Shown piece by piece: positions 33,547 through 44,900 of a stretch of DNA of 64,000 nucleotides. The notes under the pieces are model-generated. The model had not been told where the DNA came from and made no database searches. It saw only the letters and a program-made list of their open reading frames with translations. Made by a program: the position numbers and the translations under genes. Origin of the DNA: a bacterium (GTDB taxonomy: Bacteria; Verrucomicrobiota; Verrucomicrobiia; Limisphaerales; UBA11358); contig JAKAFL010000013.1 of the NCBI GenBank assembly GCA_021817945.1, forward strand, positions 4,559 through 68,558, in the 5' to 3' direction. The stretch's first letter is position 1. Every line of letters begins with the position of its first letter.

Positions 33547-34314
33547 TCAGGTGTCAGGATGAGCGGGCGTGACTTCATCCCCCTCAATCGGCTCGCCAAT
33601 TTTCCAACCTGGTACAATATTGGCAATGCTGCGATTCTTCTCAACCGTGCGAAGGATGACCTTGGCCACCAGTTTGCCTTGACGGCTCACCAGCAATTCC
33701 GCATCGGGGACAGCCCCGGAATCATCCCCAATATTTAAAACCACGAAATCCCATTTGGGATCCACCACCAAAACCTTGCCTTTCAGGCCGGGCGGCAGTT
33801 TGATGTCAAAATCCGGTCCGATCAATTCACGGAGATGGTTTTTGGTGATGACCAACTGATGATTAAGCAGGCTGTTTTCCCCATTGAGAGCTGCAATCTG
33901 CTTGTTGGCATCCTTCAACTGTTTATTCAGGGCAACCACTTGGTCAGGGGTCAGACCCGTGGCGCCATAGGCAGCGAGCTTATTCTGGGCGTCATCCCGC
34001 TGGGAGGTGACATCGGAGAGCTTTTGGTTGAGCTGATCCACCTGCCGCGTTTCGGCGTCCGCTCGGGCCACTGCCTTGTCCAGACTCGATTTTGTATCCG
34101 CCAGGTCCTGTTGCGTTTGGGCGAGATCACTCTGGGTTTTCTTGAGCTTGGTCCGCGTCTGGGCCAGATCGGTCAGGGCGGTCACCTTGGCGGTGTGTTC
34201 ATCATCCCGTTGTTTGGTCAGGGCCGGCACTTGGTTGGACACCACATAATAGTCCAGACCGCCGGCAGCAAAGCCGGCCACAATTGCCACAATAAGCGCG
34301 ATACGGAGTAACAT
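33547..34314 (-). CDS. Membrane-anchored coiled-coil protein with C-terminal beta domain, unknown function
   Basis: N-terminal hydrophobic helix, heptad repeats, GKVLVVDPKWDFVVLNIG. Confidence 0.75.
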   Translation of the reverse strand: MLLRIALIVAIVAGFAAGGLDYYVVSNQVPALTKQRDDEHTAKVTALTDLAQTRTKLKKTQSDLAQTQQDLADTKSSLDKAVARADAETRQVDQLNQKLSDVTSQRDDAQNKLAAYGATGLTPDQVVALNKQLKDANKQIAALNGENSLLNHQLVITKNHLRELIGPDFDIKLPPGLKGKVLVVDPKWDFVVLNIGDDSGAVPDAELLVSRQGKLVAKVILRTVEKNRSIANIVPGWKIGEPIEGDEVTPAHPDT

Positions 34315-34432
34315 TTTAGTTCGTAGATCAGGTCAAATTTAGTCCCTTGCCCGTTCCATGTCAACGCCCTTCAAGGATTGATGATGAGAAATTTATAGGA
34401 CCTCAAAAAGGCGCAATCTTCTCCCCTGCCCC

Positions 34433-35209
34433 TCATTCATGGCTCGTCCTGCCCTCAGCCGGCGCCTTTGGCCCCTTATAGGGTTTCATTAGCTCCAACA
34501 TTTCACCCACGGCCTGGCCAAGCCCGCAAAAAACCGCCCGGCTCACGATGGCATGTCCTATATTCAGCTCCACAAGGTGCGGCACCTTCAGGAGGGTGGG
34601 AACATTCCTGTAATTAAGCCCATGACCGGCGTTTACCTTGAGACCCAATTCATGGGCATGCTGCGCCCCATCGGTCAATTCCTTCAGCACGGCGACGCAA
34701 ACGCTGGAATCGTCAAAATGAGAGGCAAATCTGCCTGTGTGCAGTTCCACGTATTGCGCCCCCACCCGACGGCTGGCCTCGATCTGTCTGGGATCGGGAT
34801 CAATAAACAGGCTCACCTCTATGCCTGCCTGGGCCATTTTTTGGCAGGTACGGGTTAATGCCTCCTCGGAACCGGCCACATCCAATCCTCCCTCGGTGGT
34901 CAATTCCTGGCGGCGCTCGGGAACAAGACAGATGATATCCGGTTTCAGCTTCAGCGCCACATCCACGATCGCCGGCACATTGGCCATCTCCAGGTTCAGT
35001 CGGCACTTGATTTTGCTTCGGAGCTGAAAAACATCCCTATCCAGGATATGGCGGCGATCTTCCCGGAGATGGGCGGTAATGCCATGGGCACCTGCCGCCA
35101 CGCAGACTTGGGCCGCCAATGTGGGATCCGGCTCCCCGCTGGCCAATCCCCGGTACCGGGCTTCCCGCAGGGTGGCGATATGATCTATGTTGACACCTAG
35201 TTTGAGCAT
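34433..35209 (-). CDS. pdxJ: Pyridoxine 5'-phosphate synthase
   Basis: LGVNIDHIATLR, HLREDRRHI, VNAGHGL, ELNIGH. Confidence 0.96.
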   Translation of the reverse strand: MLKLGVNIDHIATLREARYRGLASGEPDPTLAAQVCVAAGAHGITAHLREDRRHILDRDVFQLRSKIKCRLNLEMANVPAIVDVALKLKPDIICLVPERRQELTTEGGLDVAGSEEALTRTCQKMAQAGIEVSLFIDPDPRQIEASRRVGAQYVELHTGRFASHFDDSSVCVAVLKELTDGAQHAHELGLKVNAGHGLNYRNVPTLLKVPHLVELNIGHAIVSRAVFCGLGQAVGEMLELMKPYKGPKAPAEGRTSHE

Positions 35210-35461
35210 GTGTGGCAACGGCTGCGGAGACTCCCTCCATTCCAAATGGCAGAACCCCCGAAACGCCGTCATTCGAGAATGACCGAAGGCCGGGCTTTTT
35301 GGCAATGGGAAAGAAGACCTCGCTGATGGTTGGGGCGCATCTCAGTTTTTAGGCTGGTGAAATTTGCGTGGAGGAAATGTGAAGCGGTCGGTTTGAAACC
35401 ATTTCTAGCCTCGAAGGAATGGGCCATTTCAAGCGCACGCAACAACCCAGCGCCTCTGGTT

Positions 35462-35615
35462 TCCTCGCCCCGCCAGCGGAGCGCGGGGAGAGGATTAAGG
35501 AGAGGGGAGATCGCAAACATCCAATGCGATAAATAAACCATCTCACTTCCCGAAAGCTCGGCGCCACCCCTCCTCGGTCCCCGCCATCCATGGAGATTGA
35601 TGGGGAGGGAGAGCG
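35462..35615. repeat. Pair of REP-like GC-rich palindromes
   Basis: CCTCGCCCCGC...GCGGGGAGAGGATTAAGGAGAGGGGA and a degenerate oppositely oriented CCCCTCC...GGGGAGGGAGAG. Confidence 0.45.
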
Positions 35616-35755
35616 GAGCAGTTGGTTTGTGGAGGATTATAAAAATTCAAACGCGGAGGCTGAGAGGGACTCTCCCAAAAACTGAGATGCGCCCTAGTGA
35701 ACGGTGCCATTCAATTTCTGGTTGCGCGACCCTCTGATTCCGGCTTTCATTTCGC

Positions 35756-36220
35756 GTGCCTAAGTTCAGGGTATTCCTTTGTTACTGGTTTCCCGTGCTG
35801 GTGTGGATGGGCGTCATTTTTACCGCCTCGGCCGACAGCCACTCCTACCAGCATTCCTCAGCCTTGTTTGAACCGCTCATGCGCTGGCTATTCCCGCATA
35901 TTTCGGCGGAGCGGATGGATCTATGCCATCATTATTTTCGAAAGTGCGCCCACTTGACGGAATACGGAATTTTTGCCCTGCTTGTCTGGCGTGCCATCCA
36001 TCAACCCCGCCCGGGCCTGCCAAAGCCCTGGCTCTGGAAAGAAATGCTCATCACCCTGGCGGTGGTCTTTCTTTACTCAACCACGGATGAATATCATCAA
36101 TCTTTTGTTCCCACCCGCACACCCCTTTTCAGCGATTGCCTGATAGACACCACCGGGGGTGCCCTGGCGCTGGCCGGCGCATGGGCTTTGCGGAAACTTC
36201 GGTCCGGGAAACGGCAATGA
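35756..36220 (+). CDS. VanZ-family membrane protein
   Basis: RKCAHLTEYG, DEYHQSFVPTR, D.LIDT.G. Confidence 0.88.
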   Translation: MPKFRVFLCYWFPVLVWMGVIFTASADSHSYQHSSALFEPLMRWLFPHISAERMDLCHHYFRKCAHLTEYGIFALLVWRAIHQPRPGLPKPWLWKEMLITLAVVFLYSTTDEYHQSFVPTRTPLFSDCLIDTTGGALALAGAWALRKLRSGKRQ

Positions 36221-38652
36221 AACACCCCCTCGCCTGGGTGCTGGCAGCTTACACCGCAGGTGTGGTTATAGGCCATTTTTTCCAAATGCCATGGCTCTGG
36301 CTTTTCGGCATGGCCCTGGCGGCGTGGACGATCTCCTTTTTTCTTCCCCGAACCCGGTTTGTGGGGATGGCATTGACACTGGCGCTGGCTGGATGGATGA
36401 ATGCCCAACTCCATGAGCTTCCCCTGGCTGCGGATGATTTGCGGCGGATCCTCGGCAGCGACCCAGCCTGGGTTTCCATCAGGGGCACGCTTGAATATTC
36501 TCCCACGCTCCACGAGGTGAATGGCAAGCATGACCAGGGCGTGATGGGCATGGGGATGGTTAGGGTGAATGCCATCAAACTGGGCGATGATTGGCAGGTC
36601 GCCTCGGGAACTTTGCTGGCCACGGCGCCGGGCGACCCCGGACCTCTTTTTTTCACGGGTCAATCGGTGGAAATCAATGGCGTTGCCGCCCCTCCGCCAG
36701 GACCGCTGGCAGACGGGTTGTTTGATGAACGCAGTTATTTGGCCGCGCGCAACATCTATTTTGAACTCAAGGCACCAACCTTGCAGGATTGGCAAACGTC
36801 CCTTCCCCTGCGACACACTCCGCCCCTGACCGACCGGTTCCTGAACTGGGCAAAGGGGACTCTGGCGATGGGTTTACCCGTGGAGGATGAGCCCCTGCGG
36901 CTGCTTTGGGCCATGGCCCTGGGCTGGCGCACCGGCCTGCATGGAGCCATTAGCGACCCCTTTCTCCAGGCTGGCACCATGCACATGTTTGCCATTGACG
37001 GGTTGCGCATCGCGCTGCTCTCGGGAATTTTGGTGGCGGTTCTGCGGGCCATGCAGCTTTCCAGGGGTTGGAGCGGGCTTCTGGTCATTCCTCTCATCTG
37101 GTTTTACACCGCAGCCACCCACTGGGAGGCTCCTGCGGTAAGGGCTTCCATCATGATGACCATCGTGCTGGGTGGTTGGGCCATGAAACGGCCTCATGAT
37201 CTCCTCAATTCACTCGCCTGCGCGGCCTTGATCATATTGGTGGCAGACCCCCGCCAACTGGGCGAGGCCAGTTTCCAGCTCTCCTTTTTCGTCATGCTTA
37301 GCCTGGCCCTGATGATTCCTGCTTTTCATCAAGCGACTCAATCCTGGTTCCAACCCGACCCTTTGCTGCCGCTTGTCTTGGTCCCGCGCCCGGTCCGGGC
37401 GGGGTTATGGACGGCAAGGTGGTTGAACGATTTGTTCATCACCTCGCTGGCAGCCTGGCTGGGTTCCCTGCCCCTTTCCATCAAATATTTTCACCTGGCC
37501 AGCCTTGTCTCCACCCCGGCCAACCTGCTGGCTGTCCCGTGCGGAACACTGGCATTGATGGCCAACCTGGCCGCCCTGGCCACGGGAAGCTGGGCCTGGC
37601 CACTGACGATTCTGTTCAATCATGCAGCCTGGTTTTTCATGGTGGCCATGACGTGGGCAAGCACAACTGCAGCTTCCCTGCCCGGCGCATTTTTTTACAT
37701 CTGCGACATCCCTTGGTGGCTGGTATTGGCTTATTATGCCGGGATCATCTGGGTTTTTGCCGGAAAAATCCCGTCCGGCAGGCATCGCGCCCGCATTGGG
37801 ATTTTTTTGTTTGTTCTTTTCCTCGCTTCCCTCTGGGGCATGGAACATTGGAGGAGGGAACCGCGATTGACTGTGCTGCCTTTGAATGGCGGCCACGCCG
37901 TTTACCTGGCGGCCCGTCATAGCCGGGATGACCTGCTGCTGGATTGCGGCAATGGGTCTGCCTTTGAATCCATCCTCAAACCTTTTTTGAGGGCCCAAGG
38001 CGTGAATTTTTTACCCCGGGTGGTGCTCACCACCAGTGACGTGCGCAACGCCGGCGCCGCGGCCGCTTTGGCTTCCAGTTTCCATTTGGGCGAGCTATGC
38101 ACCGGCGTCGGCCCGGACAATTCACCGCGTCTCCGGCAGGTCTGGTCCACCTTGCCCGCAAACAAGATTCACATCACCCCATTGCATGCCGGCGATACCT
38201 TTGGGGTTTGGACGGTGCTCTACCCACCCGCGAACCCCACTTTCAGCCGGTCTGATGACAATGCCCTGGTGCTATCGGGAAACCTGTCAGGATTGAAAGT
38301 CCTCCTGCTGTCCGACCTCGGGCCACAGGGACAGGCTCAATTGCTGGAACAATCCATCCCTGTGGCCGCAGACGTGCTGGTTTGCGGGTTGCCTGCGGAA
38401 GGCGAACCCATTGGAAACGGTCTCCTGGCCGCCATCCACCCCAAAGCCGTGGTGGTGGCAGACTCATCCTACCCAGCCACACGAAAGGCCGGCCATGCCT
38501 TGAAATCCCGCCTGGAAAGTTCCTCCGCAAAAATTTTCTACACCAGCCAGGAGGGCGCCATCACCCTGGTGGCCAATCCTTCAGGATGGCAACTGGCCAG
38601 CGTTTCGCGGAATCTCATGGATTGGCCCTCTCAAAACCCTCCCTCCCCGTGA
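36217..38652 (+). CDS. comEC: ComEC/Rec2 competence channel
   Basis: OB-like region, AGTMHMFAIDGL, PAVRASIM, ASFQLSF, C-terminal MBL-fold remnant. Confidence 0.88.
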   Translation: MKHPLAWVLAAYTAGVVIGHFFQMPWLWLFGMALAAWTISFFLPRTRFVGMALTLALAGWMNAQLHELPLAADDLRRILGSDPAWVSIRGTLEYSPTLHEVNGKHDQGVMGMGMVRVNAIKLGDDWQVASGTLLATAPGDPGPLFFTGQSVEINGVAAPPPGPLADGLFDERSYLAARNIYFELKAPTLQDWQTSLPLRHTPPLTDRFLNWAKGTLAMGLPVEDEPLRLLWAMALGWRTGLHGAISDPFLQAGTMHMFAIDGLRIALLSGILVAVLRAMQLSRGWSGLLVIPLIWFYTAATHWEAPAVRASIMMTIVLGGWAMKRPHDLLNSLACAALIILVADPRQLGEASFQLSFFVMLSLALMIPAFHQATQSWFQPDPLLPLVLVPRPVRAGLWTARWLNDLFITSLAAWLGSLPLSIKYFHLASLVSTPANLLAVPCGTLALMANLAALATGSWAWPLTILFNHAAWFFMVAMTWASTTAASLPGAFFYICDIPWWLVLAYYAGIIWVFAGKIPSGRHRARIGIFLFVLFLASLWGMEHWRREPRLTVLPLNGGHAVYLAARHSRDDLLLDCGNGSAFESILKPFLRAQGVNFLPRVVLTTSDVRNAGAAAALASSFHLGELCTGVGPDNSPRLRQVWSTLPANKIHITPLHAGDTFGVWTVLYPPANPTFSRSDDNALVLSGNLSGLKVLLLSDLGPQGQAQLLEQSIPVAADVLVCGLPAEGEPIGNGLLAAIHPKAVVVADSSYPATRKAGHALKSRLESSSAKIFYTSQEGAITLVANPSGWQLASVSRNLMDWPSQNPPSP

Positions 38653-38702
38653 ATTGACCCACACCTGCGTCCATGCCCGCTCAAACGGCCTTTTAATTGC
38701 CT

Positions 38703-39632
38703 TCAATTTGATTTATAACCAGAAAGACGGTCAAGGCGACGCGCCATTTCACTGGTGTATTCGCGGCCAAGCGTGTCTTTGTGCCGGGCAACCCAATCCG
38801 TCAATCGGGTTCCACCCAATGGCGGGGAATCCACAAAGAGCCGGCCTTCCATCAATCCCCGAATCTCCTCGCGGGTAATGATGACATCCCGGACAAACCA
38901 GCCTGCCACACAACATGCCCAGTACCCAAGCCCCGGCGGAACACTGATGATGGGCCGGTTTAAGCCCAGCGTTCGGTTCACCATCTCCACCAACCCGCGA
39001 TAGGTGAACGTCTCCGGTCCGATGGCATTGATTATTTCATCCCCATCCCCCATTGCTTTCTCAACGGCTGCAGCCGCCAGGTCATCCACGCAAATGGGTT
39101 GCAGCTTGTATTCTCCAGACCCAAACACCCCAAACAATGGTAGATGACGCAACGACCAGGCAATATTATTGACCAACACGTCTTCTTTTCCGAACAAAAC
39201 GGTGGGGCGCAAAATACAGTGGGAAACGCCGAGAGAGGTGAGGACCGATTCCAACTCCGCCTTGCCCTTAAAATAAGGCAAGTCAGACTGAATGTCAGGA
39301 TGGGTGATGCTGACATGAACAATCCGCCGCACGCCCGCATCCTTTGCCGCTTGAAACAGGATTTTGGTGTTGGCAACCGCCTGCTTATGCGTGAACAACC
39401 GGTGATCAAAGCGCACCCAATAGGTGTTGATGAGCGCCTCCACTCCGCGCAGTGATTCCTTCAACTTTTCAGGATGGTCGAAATTGAAGGGAACCACCTG
39501 AACCTTGCCGCCAAACGGGTTCTCTCGATTCAAGGAATTGGTCAGCGTAACAACCGAGTGCCCGGCATCAAGCAGGCGATGGGCAATATAACGCCCTGAA
39601 TACCCAAATGCTCCTGTTATTGCGGCACGCAT
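38703..39632 (-). CDS. NAD(P)-binding epimerase/atypical SDR family protein
   Basis: ITGAFGYSG Rossmann motif, YFKGK, ILRPT, QPICVDDLA. Confidence 0.88.
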   Translation of the reverse strand: MRAAITGAFGYSGRYIAHRLLDAGHSVVTLTNSLNRENPFGGKVQVVPFNFDHPEKLKESLRGVEALINTYWVRFDHRLFTHKQAVANTKILFQAAKDAGVRRIVHVSITHPDIQSDLPYFKGKAELESVLTSLGVSHCILRPTVLFGKEDVLVNNIAWSLRHLPLFGVFGSGEYKLQPICVDDLAAAAVEKAMGDGDEIINAIGPETFTYRGLVEMVNRTLGLNRPIISVPPGLGYWACCVAGWFVRDVIITREEIRGLMEGRLFVDSPPLGGTRLTDWVARHKDTLGREYTSEMARRLDRLSGYKSN

Positions 39633-39762
39633 TCTATTTTAAGCGGACAACACCATGGCAAACGCCACGAACCCATGAACAAAATATTCAAACAATTCTC
39701 CCACACTAATCCCAGTGGGTCAAATGTTGAACGTATCCGTGTCAGCAACCGATTGCTCTGGT

Positions 39763-40116
39763 ATGAAAGACGAGCAACAGCGATTTCTGGCGCTCTTGGG
39801 CCAACTGCCCGTTCGCCTGACGGCAGAGCAAGCGGGCTGGGTGTTGAACTGCCAGCCGCACGACTTTCCCGCGCTGGTCAATGCGCGGCTACTCAAGCCA
39901 CTGGGCAATCCCTCGCAAAATTCTACCAGGTATTTTGCCACAGTGGACGTGGTTGATCTGGCAAAAGACCGCTCCTGGCTGGTCAAGGTCACAAATACGA
40001 TCTGCCAGCATTGGCAGAGGCAAAATGCGGCAAAAAAGCAAAAACTGAACGGAAACGGGCGCAAAAGCGGGTTTGAATTGGGCGAAATCAAAGAAAATCA
40101 GGCGGTTGCCCGCTAA
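39763..40116 (+). CDS. Small putative DNA-binding (excisionase/HTH-like) protein
   Basis: LTAEQAGWVLN..HD...LV...LLKPLG...RYF pattern resembles MerR-like/Xis HTH proteins. Confidence 0.55.
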   Translation: MKDEQQRFLALLGQLPVRLTAEQAGWVLNCQPHDFPALVNARLLKPLGNPSQNSTRYFATVDVVDLAKDRSWLVKVTNTICQHWQRQNAAKKQKLNGNGRKSGFELGEIKENQAVAR

Positions 40117-40228
40117 AATAAGCCTTCCCCCGGGGTAATTCTTATTTTATATTTAAGCACTTTTCTAAAATAAGGCGTTTGGTCCGCTGGGCTTGTTTTA
40201 GCCGTTAAAACAGGAAAATGATGTTTTT

Positions 40229-41371
40229 ATGCGAGCAGGCAAATATGTAAAACAAGTGGAAGGATACCGGGCTTTCATCCCAGCCCCGCTTCCACCGCTG
40301 CCGCCCATTGCGATGGATGCGGAACTGACCCGGCTGCTGTCCGAAGCGGATCATGCCCTTGGACGGCTGGACGGCGTCACCTCCATTTTGCCCAATTCTG
40401 ATTTATTCGTGTCCATGTATGTCCGCCATGAGGCGGTGCTAAGTTCGCAAATCGAGGGCACGCAAAGCACGCTTGAAGACGTGCTGCAATTTGAGATGGA
40501 CGCCAAAGGCCAGGAGCATCCCAAAGACGTTGAGCAAGTCTTCAATTACGTCCGCTCCATGAATCACGGCTTGAAGCGTCTGAATTCCTTGCCGCTTTCC
40601 TTGCGCCTCATTCGGGAAATCCATGAAAAACTTTTGCAGGGCGTTCGCGGCGCGAACCGCACGCCGGGAGAATTCCGCCGCAGCCAGAACTGGATCGGCC
40701 CGGCGAACTGCACCTTGGCGACGGCCACCTTTGTCCCGCCTCCAGTCCATGACATTCAGGAGGCGCTCGCCAACCTGGAAAAATTCCTGCAGGATGAAAA
40801 GACCTACCCGACATTGATTCAATGCGGCCTGGCTCATGCGCAATTTGAAACCATTCACCCATTTCTGGATGGCAATGGCCGTGTTGGGCGCTTGCTCATT
40901 ACTTTCCTGCTCTGCCAGCGTGGCATTCTGAAATTTCCCCTGCTGTATCTGAGCCATTACCTCAAATTCCACCGGGCGGAGTATTACGACCGGCTTATGG
41001 CAATCCGTAACGACGGCAATTGGGAGAGCTGGTTAAAATTCTTCCTCAAGGGCGTGGGAGAGGTCAGTCGTTCGGCCACTGAAACAGCCCGGAAAATTTT
41101 GGAACTGCGGCAGAAGCATCAAGCTCTGATCCGGGACAAAGCTTCCAACCAGACAAATGCCGGGCTGCTGTTGGATTACCTGTTTGAACAGCCGATGGTG
41201 AACGTGCGACTTGTCGAAGACCACGTCAAATGCGCCTTTGTGACTGCGGACAAACTGCTCAAGCAGTTTGAAGAACTCGGCATCGTGAAGGAAGTCACGG
41301 GCGGGCGACGCAATCGGCGTTACGAATATTCGCCCTACCTGGCGTTGTTTGAACCTGCGGAAATCAACTAG
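40229..41371 (+). CDS. Fic-family protein (class II, auto-inhibited) with C-terminal HTH
   Basis: Canonical HPFLDGNGRVGR; N-terminal SSQIEG inhibitory motif. Confidence 0.93.
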   Translation: MRAGKYVKQVEGYRAFIPAPLPPLPPIAMDAELTRLLSEADHALGRLDGVTSILPNSDLFVSMYVRHEAVLSSQIEGTQSTLEDVLQFEMDAKGQEHPKDVEQVFNYVRSMNHGLKRLNSLPLSLRLIREIHEKLLQGVRGANRTPGEFRRSQNWIGPANCTLATATFVPPPVHDIQEALANLEKFLQDEKTYPTLIQCGLAHAQFETIHPFLDGNGRVGRLLITFLLCQRGILKFPLLYLSHYLKFHRAEYYDRLMAIRNDGNWESWLKFFLKGVGEVSRSATETARKILELRQKHQALIRDKASNQTNAGLLLDYLFEQPMVNVRLVEDHVKCAFVTADKLLKQFEELGIVKEVTGGRRNRRYEYSPYLALFEPAEIN

Positions 41372-41393
41372 ACGGGGTTGCTGACCTGGATAC

Positions 41394-41532
41394 CAAGATG
41401 CGGCATGATGCTGGAGCGAAAACTGATTGAAAAAATCAAAACCATACCCGAAGCGTTCTGGTGAGATTTTTCCAATGAATTTGCACCCCGTAGATTAAGC
41501 CAGACTGGCCTTTTGAATTTCGCTTTTCGGGT
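41394..41532. mobile_element. MITE family A, truncated copy
   Basis: Interior plus one TIR (TTTCGCTTTTCGGGT) followed by TAA; other end replaced by the IS66-type end. Confidence 0.8.
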
Positions 41533-41536
41533 TAAG

Positions 41537-41566
41537 GAGCCTGTTTGAAAATTCGGAGGGATGCTG
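41537..41566 (+). repeat. Repeat family B end
   Basis: Matches 31691-31720. Confidence 0.55.
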
Positions 41567-41911
41567 TTTTTGTGCCCGAGCCGGAGCGGTTGTGAGGGGG
41601 CTTGGCCGAACAGCCGCCGGTGAAGTGGAGCAAGAATGCGCGTTGGTCACGGCAACCTGGTTTTTGATAGTCAGAAATCAGTTTTTTGCCCCGAGGCATC
41701 ATTCTTTCGAGTTTGCATTCGCGTCATTTTGAAATACTCTGGCGGTCAAGACGCACAAGAACAATGGATTAAGTTCTGGATCGCCTGCCGGGAAATGAAG
41801 CAACGCCGCCATGCTGAAAAGATATTTCTGGAATGACGCCGCCCCGTTCTGCTCCAGCCCCGGCGCGGAATGCCGGTGATGTTCCGCATGAGTTTCCAGT
41901 CCTATACAAGC

Positions 41912-44900
41912 ATGGAAGTCATTGACAACATCAATCAACTGCTGGGCGACAACCTGAAGCAGACGATTACGCCGGGATCAAAGCTCAAAATCGCGGCGTC
42001 GTGCTTTTCCATCTACGCCTTCGAGTCACTCAAGGCAGAACTGGAAAAGATTGATTCGCTTCAGTTCATTTTCACTTCACCCACGTTTGTTCCCGGCGAA
42101 GTGACGGACAAGTTGAAAAAAGAGCATCGCGAATTCCACATTCCCAAACTGGAGCGCGAGCGCAGCCTTTACGGCAGTGAATTTGAAGTCCGTCTGCGCA
42201 ATGAACTCACCCAGCGTGCCATTGCCAAAGAGTGCGCGGAATGGATGCGGCAGAAGGCGATCTTCCGGTCAAATCGCGGGAACGCCCCGATGCAACAGTT
42301 TGCCGCCGTCACGGCCGGGGATAAAGAATCGGTGTATCTGCCGCTGCACGGATTTACCGCCGTTGATCTGGGTTACGAAAAAGGCAACGCTGTCTCCAAT
42401 TTCGTCAACCGTTTCGATGAGCGATCCTTCACCTCGAACTATCTTTCGCTTTTTGATCAAATCTGGAGCAACCCGGAAAAGCTCGAAGATGTGACGGCCC
42501 GGCTTTGCGAGCACATCGCCTCCGTGTATCAGGAAAATTCGCCCGAGCGCATTTACTTCCTGATGCTCTACAATATTTTCAGCGAATTCTTGGAAGACAT
42601 CACGGCGGACGTTTTGCCTAACGACCGCACGGGTTATCAAGACAGCCTGGTGTGGAAGAAGTTGTTCAACTTCCAGCGCGATGCCGCCACCGGCATCATC
42701 AACAAGCTGGAAACCTACAACGGTTGTATCCTCGCGGACAGCGTGGGGCTGGGGAAAACCTTCACCGCCCTGGCGGTCATCAAGTATTACGAGTTGCGCA
42801 ACCGGTCTGTTCTGGTTCTTTGCCCCAAAAAACTCACGGACAACTGGCTCACCTACCGGGGCAATCTGATCACCAACATTTTTGCCAAGGACCGCTTCGG
42901 CTACGATGTCCTTTGCCATACCGACTTGCTCCGTGAAAGCGGCCTGTCTGTCAGCGGTATGCCGCTCAACCGTGTCAACTGGGGCAATTACGATCTGGTG
43001 GTCATTGACGAGTCGCACAACTTTCGCAACAACGATCTCTACCGCGAACGCGAGACCCGCTATCAGCGTCTCTTGAACCAGGTCGTCCGGCAGGGCGTGA
43101 AAACCAAAGTGCTGATGCTCTCCGCCACCCCCGTGAACAACCGCTTCTCGGACCTGAAAAATCAGCTCGCGTTGGCTTACGAAGGCGACCCGGAAAATCT
43201 CAGTTCCAAGTTGAAATCCGACAAGCACATTGATGAAATCTTCCGCCGTGCCCAGGCCGCGTTCAATGCGTGGTCCGCACTGCCGCCAGCAGAACGCACC
43301 GCCACCGCGATTCTAAATGCCCTCGACTTTGATTTTTTTGAGGTGCTGGACAGTGTGACCATCGCCCGCTCGCGGCGTCACATTCAGACCTATTATGACA
43401 CGAAAGACATTGGCACCTTTCCCGAACGGCTCAAGCCGTTGTCCTTCCACTGTCAGCTCACGCACCGCAAGGACGTCATCGGCTTCAACGAGATTTTTGA
43501 CCGCCTGAGCAAACTCTCGCTCGCGGTGTATGCCCCCTTGAGCTACGTGCAACCGAGCCGGCTGTCCGGCTACGAGGAACTTTACGACCCTGATTCGGAT
43601 CAAGGGCATGAGAATCTCAAACAGTCGGGACGCGAAAAGGGCATTCAGGCGTTGATGACGGTCAACCTGCTCAAGCGTCTGGAAAGCTCCGTCCATTCCT
43701 TCCGGCTCACCCTGAAAAGTCTGGCCGGCAATCACCAAAGCACGCTGGACAAAATTGCCGCCTACAAGAAAACCGGGCGGGACGCCACCTTTGCCGATGT
43801 CTCGGCCGCCTTCGCGGATGTGGAACCCGATGATGACGACGAACCGCCGAATCCCGAAGATTCCCAGATTGGAAGCAAGGTGCAGATCAAACTTTCCGAC
43901 ATGGACATCCCGAGCTGGGAGCAGGAGTTGTCGGCGGATCTGGTCATCATCAATGATTTGATTTCCGAAATGGAGAAGGTCACGCCATCAGATGACGCCA
44001 AGCTCCAGCACCTCAAAACCACCATTCTCAGCAAGCTGGCTTCGCCCATCAATCAGGGCAACCGCAAAGTCCTTATTTTTACCGCGTTTGCCGACACGGC
44101 CGATTACCTGTTCGATCACCTTTCTCCTTTCTTTCTCGAATCTCAAAGCATTCATACCGCCGAGGTCACTGGCGGTAATCGCCGTCAACGCAGCACGCTT
44201 AAAAAAAACTACGATTTCCAATCGCTACTCACGCTCTTTTCGCCACTGTCCAAACAGAAAGCCGCCATTCTGCCCAAGGAGCCGGACGAGATTGATCTGC
44301 TCATCGGCACGGACTGTATTTCCGAGGGGCAAAACCTTCAGGATTGCGATTATCTGGTCAACTACGACATCCACTGGAATCCCGTCCGCATCATCCAGCG
44401 CTTTGGCCGCATTGACCGCATCGGCTCGCAAAACGCGTCCATCCAGTTGGTCAACTACTGGCCCGACATCACGCTGGACGATTACATCAATTTGAAGGAG
44501 CGCGTCGAAAACCGGATGATCATTGCCGATGTCACCGCCACCGGCGATGACAACCCGCTGGATTCCCGCGCCAATGATGTCGCCTATCGTCGCGAACAAC
44601 TCCGACGTTTGCAGGATGAAGTCGTAGAACTGGAAGACCTCAAGACTGGCATCTCCATCACCGATCTGGGTTTGAACGATTTTCGCATGGATCTCGTGAA
44701 CTATGTGAAAACGCACGCCGATCTCGCCAGCCTGCCGAATGGCATGCACGCCGTGGTGGCCGCCGCCCCGGAACGCGGCCTCGTGCCCGGTGCCATCTTC
44801 GCCCTGCGCAACCGTAACGACAGCGTCAATATCAACCGCCAGAACCGCCTGCATCCGTATTACCTCGTCTATATCGCTCAGGACGGCACCATCGTTGCCA

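Larger units (their letters stand above)
39733..41393. mobile_element. Non-autonomous cassette bounded by inverted IS66-type ends, carrying an HTH gene and fic
   Basis: GTATCCGTGTCAGCAACC at 39733-39750 and its inverse GGTTGCTGACCTGGATAC at 41376-41393 (16/18), matching IS66 ends at 17531 and 52380. Confidence 0.65.

Noticed and set aside
41636-41836. 66-aa ORF upstream of the helicase as a possible regulator or antitoxin
   Set aside because: No recognisable domain; begins next to repeat debris
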